Shown piece after piece: positions 1-13,803 of a stretch of DNA of 64,000 bases (positions are counted from its first letter, which is position 1; the number at the start of each line of letters is the position of its first letter). Under the pieces are notes generated by a model that saw only the letters and a list, made by a program, of their open reading frames with translations, was not told the DNA's origin and made no database searches. The stretch covers positions 23,374,001 to 23,438,000 of the forward strand of contig NC_073385.1 of assembly GCF_028641065.1 (NCBI RefSeq). Direction: 5' to 3'. The position numbers and the translations under genes were made by a program. Source of the stretch: Leucoraja erinacea (taxonomy: Eukaryota).

Positions 1-649
1 ATTATTAAAGTTTTATGTCTGAAAAATTAGGTGCTATAATGCTACTGGGTCTGTTCAAACACCAAGTTTGCCCAAGTACCTCAATCTTCAAATATTTCTT
101 ACCCTTCATATTTCCATCGTTGTCTGCCTTGATCCTTGGCACAAAAGTTTAAATGACATTTCACTACCAGTCACTTCCCATCGCTCACTGACAAAGCCCC
201 AATCTTACTCAATTCACTCCAATCCTTAAGTGTAGTGTTCTGATAACTCTTCAGTTATGTCCCTTCGCCATCACAAATGCCATAGCATTAGCCTGCAATT
301 CATCTCGCCTGTTAATCCTGGCTAAATTGGAGAGGCTAGACTTCAAAATGGGGTAAAAGATTCAGGGCTGCTGGGAGAATTTGGTCAATTTGGAATTGCT
401 CTCTGCAGACCCTGTCAATTCAATGCAAAATGCATAGAATGGATTGGATGGCTGCAAACCAGGCATACACCTTGTAAATAATTCTAAATAATGTTGCAGA
501 GTTCAATGTTGCCGAGTGTTAATTGGATGAGGATGAGCCTTGTCTGGGTTTCTTGCAGAGCAGGGTAAATGTTTCTAAGTTGGCTTCCTTGTGAAGTTCG
601 GTTTGAATACAATGTATTGAGCTGCTGTATTATTGCGAAGGGAAATGTC

Positions 650-1010
650 TGTTATGTATGGGGTTAATCGATATCTGTAATTGGATTATTAAGAGACCAC
701 CCCCATGTGGTTCGGCCCCTCGAGGTCCCGAGACATATAAAAGTCTGCTACCACGAGGTCCCATGTCGATCTTCTGGGAGAGCGCTTGGGACTGTGTGAC
801 TTTCTGGAGTGTCTCTGTTTGAGCGAGGCCTAGAGGTTGATCAGGCAGATACGAGGATCGAACCCGCAGTGGGATAGGTACAGTAGTTGAACTGTAATTG
901 CGCTTTTATTAAAATAAAGATTAGTTGTTCAAGTGCTTGATTCAGTGTTTTTGCTGAAACTAGACTTGGGGGAAGCTTTGATATGAGCAATGTACACTCT
1001 CACCATGACA
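650..1010 (+). mobile_element. Probable solo LTR
   Basis: TGTTATG...CATGACA termini, TATAAAA near 736, AATAAA near 913. No clean TSD; the 5' end may extend to about 492. Confidence 0.45.
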
Positions 1011-1124
1011 ATACTCATTATAATTTATACTTTCACAGGAATTTATAGTCATCCATCATAGAGACATTGTTTTAGAAGTTAAACCCCTCACAGAAAAAAA
1101 GTGTATCAGAACCCCTTTACTCAC

Positions 1125-1342
1125 TCGTCCAGCCTTGTGTTCCAAAATGTTAATCTTTTATTCAGAGCATCCAATTTTTGGGTAAATTTCTCCTCTGTAT
1201 TATGATCTTCTGTAGTTTTCTTACTACAACTGCCACTGGTTTGCAATTCTTCCATCTCACCTGTATGCTTCAACCCATTCAGTGACGATAGCGCAGAAAT
1301 TCTCTTTTTGCTCGTTTGGAACATTGTCAATTCAGATTCTAG
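1125..1342 (-). CDS. LRRC9: LRRC9 coding exon 8 (LESELTMFQ...KLDALNKRLTFWNTRLD); gene continues left of the window
   Basis: AAACAG acceptor, GA|GTGAGT donor, 218 nt, phase 0-2. Matches recalled KLNALNERVTFWNKKLDE. Confidence 0.9.
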
Positions 1343-1910
1343 CTGTTTCAAGAATATTGGTTTGTTATCTATTTATTGTTTTCATTGTTAAAATCTCCAA
1401 TTTTTTTCAGTAACTTGTTTAAAAAGTAATAGTCAAAAAGATGAATCTTTGAGCTTGACTCAATGGTTGCATTATCATTATTAGGTTTACAACCAATCAA
1501 CTATCTGCTACCTCATTGTCTGATCTGTGCCAATGAAAAAATCAGTGACAGTACACTGCATATACCAATGGAAGTTATCTCTGGGTCTGAATCAATTGGT
1601 AAGAAAGTATGGCAAATTATAAGCAGCATGGGTGAAACAAAGAATCTGAAATTACTGGAACATCTGACAAGATTAATAACAGTGGAGAAATCAATAGTCA
1701 GAAATTGAAAATAATTTGAAGCAGTAAATGTACTCTCTTTTAACTATAAAATAATAGACATAATACTTTTGATAAAGATTTGGATAAGCAGACCAACTCA
1801 AAGTTAGACAATTAGTAATTTCTTGATTATTTTCAGGATAGATTTCTGAAGTAATATGCCACTTGCTCATGAGTTTAGGAAAAATAGATAAATCAGATCA
1901 CCGAGTAATA

Positions 1911-2219
1911 GTGGTGCAGTGGTAGAATTGCTGCCTTACAGCGCTTGCAGCGCTGGAGATCCGGGTTCGATCCCAGTTATGGGTACTGTCTGTACGGAGT
2001 TTGTACGTTCTCCCCATGACCTGCGTGGGTTTTCTCCGAGATCTTCGGTTTCCTCCCACACTCCAAAGACATACAGGTCTGCATGTAAATTGGCTTGGTT
2101 AATGCACAAATTGTCCCTAGTGTGTGTAGGATAGTGTTAATATACGGGGATAGCTGGTCGGCGCAGACCCGGTGGGCCGAGTAGCCTGTTTCCGCACTGT
2201 ATCTCTAATCTAAACTGAA
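1911..2219 (+). mobile_element. tRNA-derived V-SINE (HE1-like)
   Basis: A box TGGTGCAGTGG, B box GGTTCGATCC at 1964, V-domain GGAGTTTGTACGTTCTCCCC...GGTTTCCTCCCACACTCCAAAGAC, CR1-like 3' tail. Confidence 0.9.
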
Positions 2220-3325
2220 ATGGTACAAGAGGGAGAGATTAAATTCTTGGGATTGAGGAAGGTGGGTCCTTTATTCCAGGTCCTTTATTCCATAGCCTCA
2301 TGGATGTGTTGGCTAGTGTTGCTGAAGGGTTTAAACTGCAAAAGAGGAGTTATGGGAAGAACAACATAAAGTAAAAGTCGCTGAGGAAATTTAATCTTCA
2401 GAATTGTAATTTAAGAAGAGAATTAAAGTTTAACTACATCTTAAAATATTTAAAAAACAATTATGTATCAACTATCCATGGAAAACTAAAAAGGTTTTGA
2501 CAGTTAGAAAGAGTCATTTAGAGCGCATTCACCAGAAAATGTTTTTTTCCCCCACACAGGAAAAGTATTGTAATTGAAAAATATTTGGATATTATGACGT
2601 ATGATGGGAAAATTATAATTAAATTCAGAACTAAAGTCATAACAAAGCAGGAAAGAAACAGTGTACTGTCACAGAAAATGAACCTGGTTACAATGTAAAT
2701 ATTATAATAAACACACCGTATCTCTGTATATGGAAGGAAATTAATTGCTGGGTTCAATGCTGAGAGATGTCGTCAAGATTTTCACATTCTGCATTATTAG
2801 CGGCATCCAGGATATTGGAAAGGTATACCCAACTTGAATGCAATCTTAAAATTTCTCGATCCAGTCAACTCAAAAAAGGATACAGTAAAAATCTGATAAT
2901 CTGACACACTAGCGACTTCAGCAATACAGACTAGCAGATATTCCAGACTCTCAGATGTTATTGAAACATCTTTAGTGTAAGATGTTGTAAAATATTATAA
3001 CATTGTATTCCTATTTCTAAACTGGTGAACCTGATGCTAAATCAATGGGATTTCTAGGTAAAGATTATCGGTGTTTTACTTACTTAGAAGGATATTAATC
3101 TTAGTTAATTAAGGTAAACATTTCACTTTACAGAGAGCTGAATTTTGCTTCTATGAAGTTTTCAATGAGTTCTAAACAATAGCAAATTCTGTGTTATTTA
3201 TCCTTATCCACCAGAAATAAATGAAAACCATCTGAACACTTTCACTACATAATGGGAAGAGACAAAATACACACTTTTGGCTGAAGATGACTTCTTTGTA
3301 AGGTTATGATAATCGATGTACTTAC

Positions 3326-3481
3326 ATTTTTAATGACATAGTTGATGGTTTTTAGTCGTTCCAGAGGTATTTCCTGCAGGCAACTCCGTTGCTTCTTCAG
3401 CCTTTCTATGATTTCAGCAAGTTGATAATGGATGGTTTTTACACGCATGCTGTAATACATGGTCTTTTTCATCACAGTTGA
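3326..3481 (-). CDS. LRRC9: LRRC9 coding exon 7 (STVMKKTMYYSMRVKT...NYVIKN)
   Basis: TTTCTTTCAG acceptor, GTAAGT donor, 156 nt, phase 0-0. Matches recalled MKKIMYYNMRIKT. Confidence 0.92.
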
Positions 3482-3825
3482 CTGAAAGAAAAAAATAATC
3501 AATTAAATCCTTATATTTATTTTGATTCTAGCATTAAACAGAAAATTAAAGGTAATATTTTCCATTCTTTCCCATTCTCATCTATATCATTTTTAATATA
3601 AAGCTACATTTAGAAATTGTAAAAAAGATAATATTTGAGGTAATTTCTGAAATATTATTAAAAGCTCAATAAATATTTGCCAAATTGCACCTTTTCTTTG
3701 AAACCGAACAAAAGACTACAGGAACATTTATGTTGCCTAATTTAGCATCATATAGAGTTGATTATTCACGTCCAAACGTCAAACTATGCCATTTTAAAAG
3801 TTAAATAACATAAACAGATTGATTG

Positions 3826-4484
3826 GACTGATGTGGGGGGGAAGAAAGGAAGAGGCTGAGACAGTAGGTTTGTGGGAGAGCTGGGAGGGGGGAGGGGAAG
3901 GAGGGAGAAAGCAAGGACTATCTGAAATTAGATAAGTCAATGTTCATACCGCTGGGGTATAAACTACCTCAGCGAAATATGAGGTGCTGTTCCTACAAGA
4001 CACAAGATACATTTATTTGTCACATGTGCCAGTTGGCACAGTGAAATGTGATCACCATACAGCCATACAATAAAATAAAGAACAAAACACACGATAGAGT
4101 TCAACATAAAACATCCCCACACAGCAGAATCAAAAGTTTCCCACTGTGAGGGAAGGTCAGTCATCTTCCTCTGATATTCACCCGCTGCTACGGCAGTCGC
4201 CGCTACAGGCAGCCCGCCGCTCAGGCCCGCTCGCCGGTATGTTGGAGCTCTGACGTCGGAACGGGAGGCCAACCTCAGTGGCGTGGACCTCCAAATCGGC
4301 CGCTACCCATCGGAGTCCGTAGACCCGACTTCACCACGCCGGGCGGAGATTCAACACTGGCGGCCATCGGCAAAGGGCTCCAGGATTCCGCGATGTCAGT
4401 CAGCGTCGCCGGCATTGGGAGCTCCGCGTACCACAGAGCCGCGATGTTGGACCAGCGGATGCAGTAGATGAGGTTGGAGGAGGT
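3826..4484 (-). mobile_element. Penelope-like element, inverted arm (3826-3994 and about 4451-4484), interrupted by a later insertion
   Basis: Reverse complement of the PLE sequences at 4855-4890, 5044-5092 and 8251-8385. Confidence 0.75.
3995..4450 (-). mobile_element. GC-rich non-coding LINE-dependent element (truncated) with (TCTTG)n tail
   Basis: 3' end matches the 14857-15712 element: TTTCACTGTGCC..GGCACATGTGACAAATAAA followed by TCTTG repeats. Confidence 0.7.
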
Positions 4485-5092
4485 CTTCTATATATCCTGC
4501 AGCTCCTCTCTTACTCCCCATCTCCCTACTTGTAACAAGGACAGAGTCCCCCTTGTCCTCACCTTCCACCCCATCAGCTGTCACATACAACATATAATCC
4601 TCCAACATTTTTTCCACCTCCAATGGGATCCTACCACTGGCCACATCTTCCCACCTCCTTCCCTCTCTGCTTTTCGCAGAGAACGTTCCCTCCGTAACTC
4701 CCTGGTCAATTTGGCCCTTCCCACCCAAACCACCCCCTCCCCGGATACTTTCCCTTGCAACCGCAAGAAATGTTACACTTGTTGCTTTACCTCCCCCCTC
4801 GATTCCATCCAAGGACCCAAGCCGTCTTTCCATGTGAGACAGAGGTTCACCTGCACCTGCACCAACCTCATCTACTGCATCCACTGCTCCAGGTGTCAAC
4901 TTCTCTACATCGGCGAGACCAAGCGCAGGCTCGGCGGTCGCTTCTCCCAGTGGCTCAGCACTTCAACTCCCCCACCCATTCCAAATTTGACCTTTCTGTC
5001 CTAGGCCTCCTCCATTGCCAGAGTGAGGCCCAGCACAAATTGGAGGAACAGCACCTCATATTTTGCTTAGGTAGTTTACACCCCAGCGGTAT
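4485..5092 (+). mobile_element. Penelope-like element 3' part, GIY-YIG endonuclease; continues at 8247-8510
   Basis: ORF with VPLVLTFHP, CxxxxCxxC and FTCT..NLIYCIHCSRCQLLYIGETKRRL. Confidence 0.9.
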
Positions 5093-8000
5093 AGAAACAT
5101 AGAAACATAGAAATTAGGTGCTTCGAGCCTGCACCGCCATTCAATATGATCATGGCCGATCATCCAACTCAGTATCCCGTACCTGCCTTCTCTCCATACC
5201 CTCTGATCCCCTTGGCCACAAGGGCCACATCTAACTCCTTCTTAAATATAGCCAATGAACTGGCCTCAACTACCCTCTGTGGCAGAGAGTTCCAGAGATT
5301 CACCACTCTCTGTGTGAAAAAAAGTTCTCCTCATCTCGGTTTTAAAGGATTTCCCCCTTATCCTTAAGCTGTGACCCCTTGTCCTGGACTTCCCCAACAT
5401 CGGGAACAATTTTCCTGCATCTAGCCTGTCCAACCCCTTAAGAATTTTGTAAGTTTCTATAAGATCCCCTCTCAATCTCCTAAATTCTAGAGAGTATAAA
5501 CCAAGTCTATCCAGTCTTTCTTCATAAGACAGTCCTGACATCCCAGGAATGGTGAACCTTCTCTGCACTCCCTCTATGGCAATAATGTCCTTCCTCAGAT
5601 TTGGTGACCAAAACTGCACACAATACTCCAGGTGTGGTCTCACCAAGACCCTGTACAACTGCAGTAGAACCTCCCTGCTCCTATATTCAAATCCTCTTGC
5701 TATGAAAGCCAACATACCATTCGCTTTCTTTACTGCCTGCTGCACCTGCATGCCTACCTTCAATGACTGGTGTACCATGACACCCAGGTCTCGCTGCATC
5801 TCCCCCTTTCCCAATCGGCCACCATTTAGATAATAGTCTGCTTTCCCGTTTTTGCCACCAAAATGGATAACCTCACATTTATCCACATTATACTGCATCT
5901 GCCAAACATTTGCCCACTCACCCAGCCTATCCAAGTCACCTTGCAATCTCCTAGCATCCTCCTCACAGCTAACACTGCCCCCCAGCTTAGTGTCATCCGC
6001 AAACTTGGAGATATTGCCTTCAATTCCCTCATCCAGATCATTAATATATATTGTAAATAGCTGGGGTCCCAGTACCGAGCCTTGCGGTACCCCACTAGTC
6101 ACTGCCTGCCATTGTGAAAAGGACCCGTTTACTCCTACTCTTTGCTTCCTGTTTGCCATCCAGTTCTCTATCCACATCAATACTGAACCCCCAATGCCAT
6201 GTGCTTTAAGTTTGTATACTAATCTCTTATATGGGACCTTGTCGAAAGCCTTCTGGAAGTCCAGATACACCACATCCACTGGTTCTCCCCTATCCACGCT
6301 ACTAGTTACATCCTCGAAAAATTCTATAAGATTCGTCAGACATGATTTACCTTTCGTAAATCCATGCTTTGTCCAATGATTTCACCACTTTCCAAATGTG
6401 CTGCTATCCCATCTTTAATAACTGACTCTAGCAGTTTCCCCACTACCGATGTTAGACTAACTGGTCTGTAATTCCGTTTTCTCTCTCCCTCCCTTCTTAA
6501 AAAGTGGGGTTACGTTTGCTACCCGCCAATCCTCTGGAACTACTCCAGAATCTAAAGAGTTTTGAAAGATTATTACTAATGCATCCACTATTTCTGGAGC
6601 TACTTCCTTAAGTAATCTGGGATGCAGCCTATCTGGCCCTGGGGATTTATCGGCCTTTAATCCATTCAATTTACCCAACACCACTTCCCGACTAACCTGG
6701 ATTTCACTCAATTCCTCCAACTCCTTTGACCCGCGGGCCCCTGCTATTTCCGGCAGATTATTTATGTCTTCCTTAGTGAAGACGGAACCAAAGTAGTTAT
6801 TCAATTGGTCCGCCATATCCTGGTTCCCCATGATCAACTCACCTGTTTCTGACTGCAAGGGACCTACATTTGTTTTAACTAACCTCTTTCTTTTCACATA
6901 TCTATAAAAACTTTTGCAGTCAGTTTTTATGTTCCCTGCCAGTTTTCTTTCATAATCCATTTTTCCTTTCCTAATTAAGCCCTTTGTCCTCCTCTGCTGG
7001 TCTCTGAATTTCTCCCAGTCCTCCGGTATGCTGCTTTTTCTGGCTAGTTTGTACGCATCATCCTTTGCTTTGATACTATCCCTGATTTCCCTTGTTATCC
7101 ATGGATGCACTACCTTCCCTGATTTATTCTTTTGCCAAACTGGGATGAACAATTTTTGTAGTTCATCCATGCAGTCTTTAAATGCCTTCCATTGCATATC
7201 TACCGTCAACCCTTTTAGAATTAATTGCCAGTCAATCTTGGCCAATTCACGTCTCATACCCTCAAAGTTACCTTTCTTTAAGTTCAAACCATTGTTTCTG
7301 AATTAACAATGTCACTCTCCATCCTAATGAAGAACTCAACCATATTATGGTCACTCTTGCCCAAGGGGCCACGCACAACAAGACTACTAACTAACCCTTC
7401 CTCATTACTCAATACCCAGTCTAAAATAGCCAGCTCTCTCGTTGGTTCCTCTACATGTTGATTTAGATAACTATCCCGCATACATTCCAAGAAATCCTCT
7501 GCCTCAGCACCCCTGCCAATTTGATTCACCCAATCTATATGTAGATTGAAATCACCCTTTATAACTGCTTTGCCTTTGTCGCAAGCATTTCTAATTTCCT
7601 GTTTGATACCATCTCCAACTTCACTACTACTGTTAGGTGGCCTGCACACAACACCCACCAGCGTTTTCTGCCCCTTAGTGTTTCGCAGCTCTACCCATAC
7701 CGATTCCACATCCTCCAAACTAATGTCCTTCCTTTCCATTGCATTAATCTCCTCTCTAACCAGCAACACTACCCCACCTCCTTTTCCTTTCTCTCTATCC
7801 CTCCTGAATATTGAATATCCCTGGATGTTCAGCTCCCAGCCTTGGTCACCCTGGAGCCATGTCTCCGTGATCCCAACTATGTCATAATCATTAATGGCTA
7901 TCTGCACGTTCAACTCATCCACCTTATTACGAATGCTCCTTGCATTGAGGCACAAAGCCTTCAGGCTTGTTTTTACAACACTCTTACCCTTATACAATTA

Positions 8001-8246
8001 TGTTGAAAAGTGGCCTTTTTTGATTTTTGCCCTGGTTTTGTCTGCCTGCCACTTTTACTTTTCACCTTGCTACCTATTGCTTCTACCTTCATTTTACACC
8101 CCCCTGCCTCTCTGCTCTTGTACCCATCCCCTGCCACATTAGTTTAAATCCTCCCCGACAGCACTAGCAAACACTCCCCCAAGGACATTGGTTCCATTCC
8201 AGCCCAGGTGCAGACCGTCCTGTTTGTACTGGTCCCACCTCCCCCA
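5093..8246 (-). mobile_element. CR1 LINE, 5'-truncated, nearly complete ORF2 with frameshifts
   Basis: ORF1 SGNH-esterase end (DGLH, 8139-8246), APE endonuclease (ITETW, GDFN, SDH; 7284-7997), RT (LDFQKAFD, GVPQGSVLGP, FADD; 5266-6297), (AGAAACAT)n tail, GTAT duplicated at both junctions inside the PLE. Confidence 0.97.
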
Positions 8247-8510
8247 GTATGAACATTGACCTCTCTAAGTTCACATAGCCCTTGCTTCCCCTCCCTCCTT
8301 CCCCTCCCCCTTCCCAGCTCTCCCGCAAGCCTACTGTCTCCGCCCCTTCCTTTCTTTTTCCTGCCCCTCCCCCCCCGACATCAGTCTGAAGAAAGGTCTC
8401 GACCCGAAACAGAACCTTTTCTTCAATGATGCTACCTCACATGCTGAGTTCCTCCAGCATTTTTGTCTACCTTTGATTTTTCCAGCACCAGCAGTTTTTT
8501 CTTAACACAT
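8247..8510 (+). mobile_element. Penelope-like element 3' end with degenerate hammerhead core
   Basis: Resumes at GTATGAACATTGAC. CTGAAGA-aaggtctcgaccc-GAAAC at 8386-8410. Confidence 0.85.
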
Positions 8511-8908
8511 TGATTGATAATTTATTGTCACATATACCTGGTACAGTGAAATTCTTTATTTTGCATAATCCACAAGTATGCAAACAGTGACAATGTAAAG
8601 GGTGCTGACAAAGTTAAACGTATTCAATATAGCCGCTCTTCCGCTCCCCCCCCCGCCCCCCACCCACTTTCCCGAGTCCTTCTTTGTTCTCAGCGGCTCC
8701 CCCACACCAAGTGCAATAGTTAAACATTAAAGTAGATTTAACCTGGTATACCAAAAAACAAAATGAATAGGAAAACTGAAACATGATTAAAAAAATAAAA
8801 TGATATGTATATGAGGTAGGAAGCATCTCACAAGCTGTATGATTCCAGTGTATTAGCAAATTCACCCATATATCTGAAACATTATAACCCAATTTTGAAA
8901 TATTTTCA

Positions 8909-9151
<243 letters not shown>

Positions 9152-9383
9152 CTAAGGAAAAAAGAAAACATTCTGGTTGACTAAATCACTTCGGTATTGT
9201 TCTTAATGAAGAATAGAAGCAGGGATAGGTCATTTACCTTTGAATAAGATTATAATCTATTTTGTAACTTACCTGCGCTGTTTCCAAACCACTCTAATTT
9301 GAAAAGTTCCAAAAATCTATCAATCAGAATCTCACAAAATTTGACTAAACAAAGTTCTGCTCATCACATTCTTAAATGGCTAA

Positions 9384-10135
9384 TGGGACTGTCCCACTTA
9401 GGCGATTTTTCAGCGGACTGCCGGCGACTGTCAAGTTGCCGGCAGTCGCCTGAAAAACCGGGAACTGGAACGGCCACTGTCAGTGAAACATAAACAAACA
9501 CATCGCAAAGGCAGGGGCCAGGGCAAGCGGCGGGAGCGCTGTCTGAAATTCACACGGGGCAAAGCCAAGGTGATACAGACACACACCATGATGAACAGGA
9601 AAGTTGGCGCTGTAATCAAGACGGCTAGCACAGTGTACGGTAAGTCCTTTAAAAGAGGGGAGGGAAGGGGGGGGGGGGGGGAGAAGGAGTGGAGACAACA
9701 TTTAAGAAGCCAGACAACTTTTAATAAGCCAGAGATACACAGCTGTGAGGTTCGGCAGACATTTAACGTTACCAGTCGGTTATCCTTGGTTCTGAAAACT
9801 ACTGGTTATGTTTTTTTCTCCCAATGAGCCAATGAAAATGGCCGGTCAGCAAAGGCAATTAACTACCTACCTACTAAAACTACCTACGACTACCTCGACT
9901 ACCTACAACTACATGGCGACCCCACCACAACTGCACCCACGACTACAGGATTATCGATTATCAATTTTGGTCACAGAAAAAATTTCAACATTTGCAGCGA
10001 CCATATTGAGGCCGCGAATAGTTCTCAGAATGTGGGAACTCCTCGCGACCATGGAGGAGACTCACCAGAGACCACCAGCGAACATGTGGCCACCATGTGC
10101 ACTCACCTAAAAATCGCCTAAGAGGGACAGGCCCA
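9384..10135. mobile_element. PIF/Harbinger-type MITE
   Basis: TIRs TGGGACTGTCCCACTTAGGCGATTTT and AAAATCGCCTAAGAGGGACAGGCCCA; flanks TAA and TGA. Confidence 0.8.
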
Positions 10136-10703
10136 TGAACTTTTCTCTTGAGAGCAAGACCTCTGGTTACAGATGATTATGTTTGATTATGCATAAGTAC
10201 ACTAAGTTTTACTGAACTAGATGCAAAAAAGAAATTTCACTCTAACTAGGTACATGTGACAATAAAGGACCATTGAACCATTGGTTAAAAGATTCTTTTG
10301 CAAGTGGCACAGCACCTGTCCATGCAGCCAAAGGCGCAATCTTTAGAATATAAAACAATGCAACACAGAAACAGGACAAACAACCCACAAAGTCCATGCT
10401 GAACTTGATGCCTAGCTAAAATAAATCTCCTGCTAATATATCATCTATATCCATCCATTCCCTGCATATCCACATACCTATTTAAAAGCTATCTGTCTCC
10501 ACCACCACTTCTGGCAGCACTTTCCAGGCACACACCTCTCTGTGATGTGCACCGCACATCTCCTTTATATTTTGTCCATCTCACTTTAAAGCTATGCTCT
10601 CTAGAGATTTCCACCCTGGGAGAAAATTCCAACAATGTTATCTTGGCCTCTCATTATTTTATCATTCTATCTCCTCTCAGCCAATATTCCAGCCAACATA
10701 TAA

Positions 10704-11708
10704 TAGGCATGTTAAAAAACTTACCTTCAGCGGCGCTGCAGTTCTGCCACTGGCCGTGTGCGCGACTTTGGCGCCTTTGAGGGGGGGCGCGGGATTAAAA
10801 TGCCGTTTTCTCCTGCCTGGCCGAGAGATATATTTTCTCGGGGTACTACCTAATGCTGAATAATCGTTCCGACTGCCGTTGTCGAATTTTTTTTTAAACC
10901 GCGGGACAATTTCAGCGCTGGAGTAAAATAAAAAGTGACTTCTAATACCGTCAATGCAGGCAACGAAACGGATCTCACGTATGGGGCAAAACATAAGTTA
11001 AGTCATCTGTTTTACATATAAACTTGCTTCTTAGGATTACTTTATGTAAATGTAAGAACCGGCAGGGTTTTTCCTGCCGATATGGGGTTTAAATTCACCG
11101 CAACTGTAACGTTCCAATCGATCGGGTTCCACAAAAACCCACTCGCAAGATGATTAAAATGGCCAATAATTTACGGGAATTAAACACTAAATTCCTTCCA
11201 TGGCCTATAAATTCATGACAATGAGATTTAAAAATCATGTTATATTGTGAATTCTTGTATGAATGTTATTTGGACACTTAGGCTATTTAAAAATGTTAAC
11301 CTTTTCTTAAGAAATGGATAGATGTTTAGATCTAGTAATTGAATTTTATAATTAGCTACAATTAGGTAACTAACTAATTATATGCTTTAATTTCAGGTCG
11401 TCCAAGTAAGATTGTTTCATATTTGTTTCAGAATGCTTCAATCTATAATAACTGAAAATTTCATTCAGTTCTCTTAATTTTTAAGAAAGTTATGGCCTTT
11501 TGACTGTCCTCGATCACAGCTTTTGAGTTAAGTCAATGGAAAGCAGTATGGAACAAGATGCTAATTACAGTATGAAAATGGCCATAACCGTTTTAATACT
11601 GAAGATATAAAAGTGAATTAGGTGTCAAATTAAACTTATTTTTATGCTTTATCTGATAGGATAAATTGCAGACTTGATTTTTTAAATCTCAGTTTTGTAA
11701 CATTGCTA
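10704..11708. mobile_element. Non-autonomous hAT-like DNA transposon with 7-bp TSD
   Basis: Termini TAGGCATGTTAAAAAA and TTTTGTAACATTGCTA, TSD CATATAA. Homologous to 17091-17951. Confidence 0.85.
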
Positions 11709-12380
11709 CATATAACATCCAGACTTCCTTAAAATAAACAGGTAAAATAGCCCCGAGTCCTGAGACCACACCGTTGTCTATACCCTGATAACCCGTGGTA
11801 GATTACTGCTGTTAAAGGCATTTAGAACTGGTTTACTTTTCTCTACTTGTCACATATGTATGCTGTTCAAATTGGGATATTATACTTAAATACCTTAAAA
11901 AAAATTATGAAATAATAACTGAAATAAACCAAAATGTACTTACTATCACATATCTTTTGATACCAGGGCATTGGCTTCCTTCAGTTAAATATGGATGCAG
12001 TTCTTAAGCCAGTGAATGTATGAATGTACCGGATGCAAAATGCATCAGGTCCCTCTCCTCCACGTGTCTGTGCTCTTTTGCAGGGTTCAATAGTTTACGA
12101 GTTTTTTTAATATGTGACTTGCTCAGTACATTGCATAGTTGGAGGCACTCCCAGGAATCAAAGTAAATAATTTATTTACTGTAGTTATCCCAATCCAGCA
12201 CACTCTGTGTGGTAAGCTATAGGACAGGATTAACAGTTTTGATAGCTTCTTTATCCAGATAAATATTGGCATGATCCCCCATGTGCAATAAATTATACAA
12301 TCAAAATTCATTTTTCAAAGAGAAACATTCTGATATAGACTCTTTTAATGCAAAATGAGATTGAATGGTAAAATTTGTAC

Positions 12381-12451
12381 CTTAAAGGAGTTTATTCTGT
12401 TTCCTGACAGGTTAAGCCATTTTAGCTGAACATTGGAGTCCAAAGATTTAT
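12381..12451 (-). CDS. LRRC9: LRRC9 coding exon 5 (YKSLDSNVQLKWLNLSGNRINSFK)
   Basis: TTTCAG acceptor, AAG|GTACAA donor, 71 nt, phase 1-0. Matches recalled [21 protein letters not shown]. Confidence 0.9.
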
Positions 12452-13271
12452 CTGAAATTTAAAATATTATTTTGAAATGTTGTTGTTTAATGGTTTCATT
12501 GGAATATTTAAATAAAATTAGTTTTGATAAACTTACTCTATGGAATCCATTATTTTAAAAGAAAGTAGACCTTACAAATTTCTATGTAAGCCACACATCA
12601 TCCATACTTGAAACTAAATTACTGATCATTATTACTGGTTTAAAATCATGGAGAACAAGTTATGGCCACCTCTATAAATTTCAGTAGTGGGTGCTAATGG
12701 ACAGTATTTGTTTCCAGTTTTCTTTTGAGTGCTGCAAAGGTGCAAGAAAAATGTGAAATCTGATATCAAGACTTTTGGGCTTTTGTGGAAGGGGTTGAAA
12801 ACCCCAAATCAGTTCTTGGGGATGTTGTGGTTACAGCTTCAGAGGCCTGATTCAAGCTCTGGTTGGGAAGGGATGGGGAGGAGAGGTGTGCAGTTGGATT
12901 ATTTTATTTGGAAATCAATGGATTGTGGAGAGTTGGGACAGAGATTGGGGCTTCCATCTGGGTATTCAGTGTGACTGGCAGATGGTGGGGGAAGAGGTGT
13001 GGTCCAAGAGTTCCCAAAATTGGGAGTTGGCGGTAAATTTGTCGAGTGGTGATGGAGAAAAAAAAAAAGAGACAGACATGGAGCTTAATTTACTGGAGGT
13101 CCTGTCCAACACTAAAATTAAAACAATTGTCTGAAAATTACAGATAGCAAGTGCACTAAATTCCTCAGCATTACACAAATACACGCCACGATAATTTCAT
13201 TTGCTCATTTATGGGGAATGAGGATCATTGAGAAGGCCAACATTTATTGCCCTCAGGTAGGTAAAGTCGAA

Positions 13272-13803
13272 CAGCGGCAGCGGCGACCCGACCTCGGAGC
13301 TGTGGCGTTCCGGCGGCAGCGGCAGCGGCGACCCGACCTCGGACCCGACCCGACCTCGGTGGATGACACCGTCGGGAGCTCGCAGGTCACAGGTTGGTGA
13401 CTTGTTTTTCCGGAGCTCTCGCATCAACAGCATCATCCGCTGGACTGGAGGATGGCAGCTTCGGCAGCTTCGACCACCCCGGGCCGCGGAATTTGAACCG
13501 GCCCGTTCGCGGCGCTTGGATTCAGCCACGGGACTTACTTACTTACAATCACCCGGCGGGGTCACAACATCCGAAGCCTGGATCGCCTCGGCGCAGAGGG
13601 AGAACAAGGAGGGAAGAGACAAGGACTTTAAGATTTTTGCCTTCCATCACAGTGAGGAGGTGCCTGGTGAACTCACTGTGGTGGATGTTAAATTTGTGTT
13701 TATTGTGTGTTTTTGTCATTTTTATTATATGTATGACTGCAAGGCAACGAAATTTCGTTCAGACCGAAAGGTCTAAATGACAATAAAGGCTACTTTGACT
13801 TTG
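13272..13803 (+). mobile_element. GC-rich non-coding LINE-dependent element, 5'-truncated, (CTTTGA)n tail
   Basis: About 430 bp shared with 63320-63757; 3' hairpin at 13758-13777. Confidence 0.8.

Noticed and set aside
1911-1985. tRNA gene
   Set aside because: The A and B boxes belong to a SINE head; no complete cloverleaf.
5549-8142. Plus-strand ORFs over the CR1
   Set aside because: Antisense shadows of CR1 ORF2.
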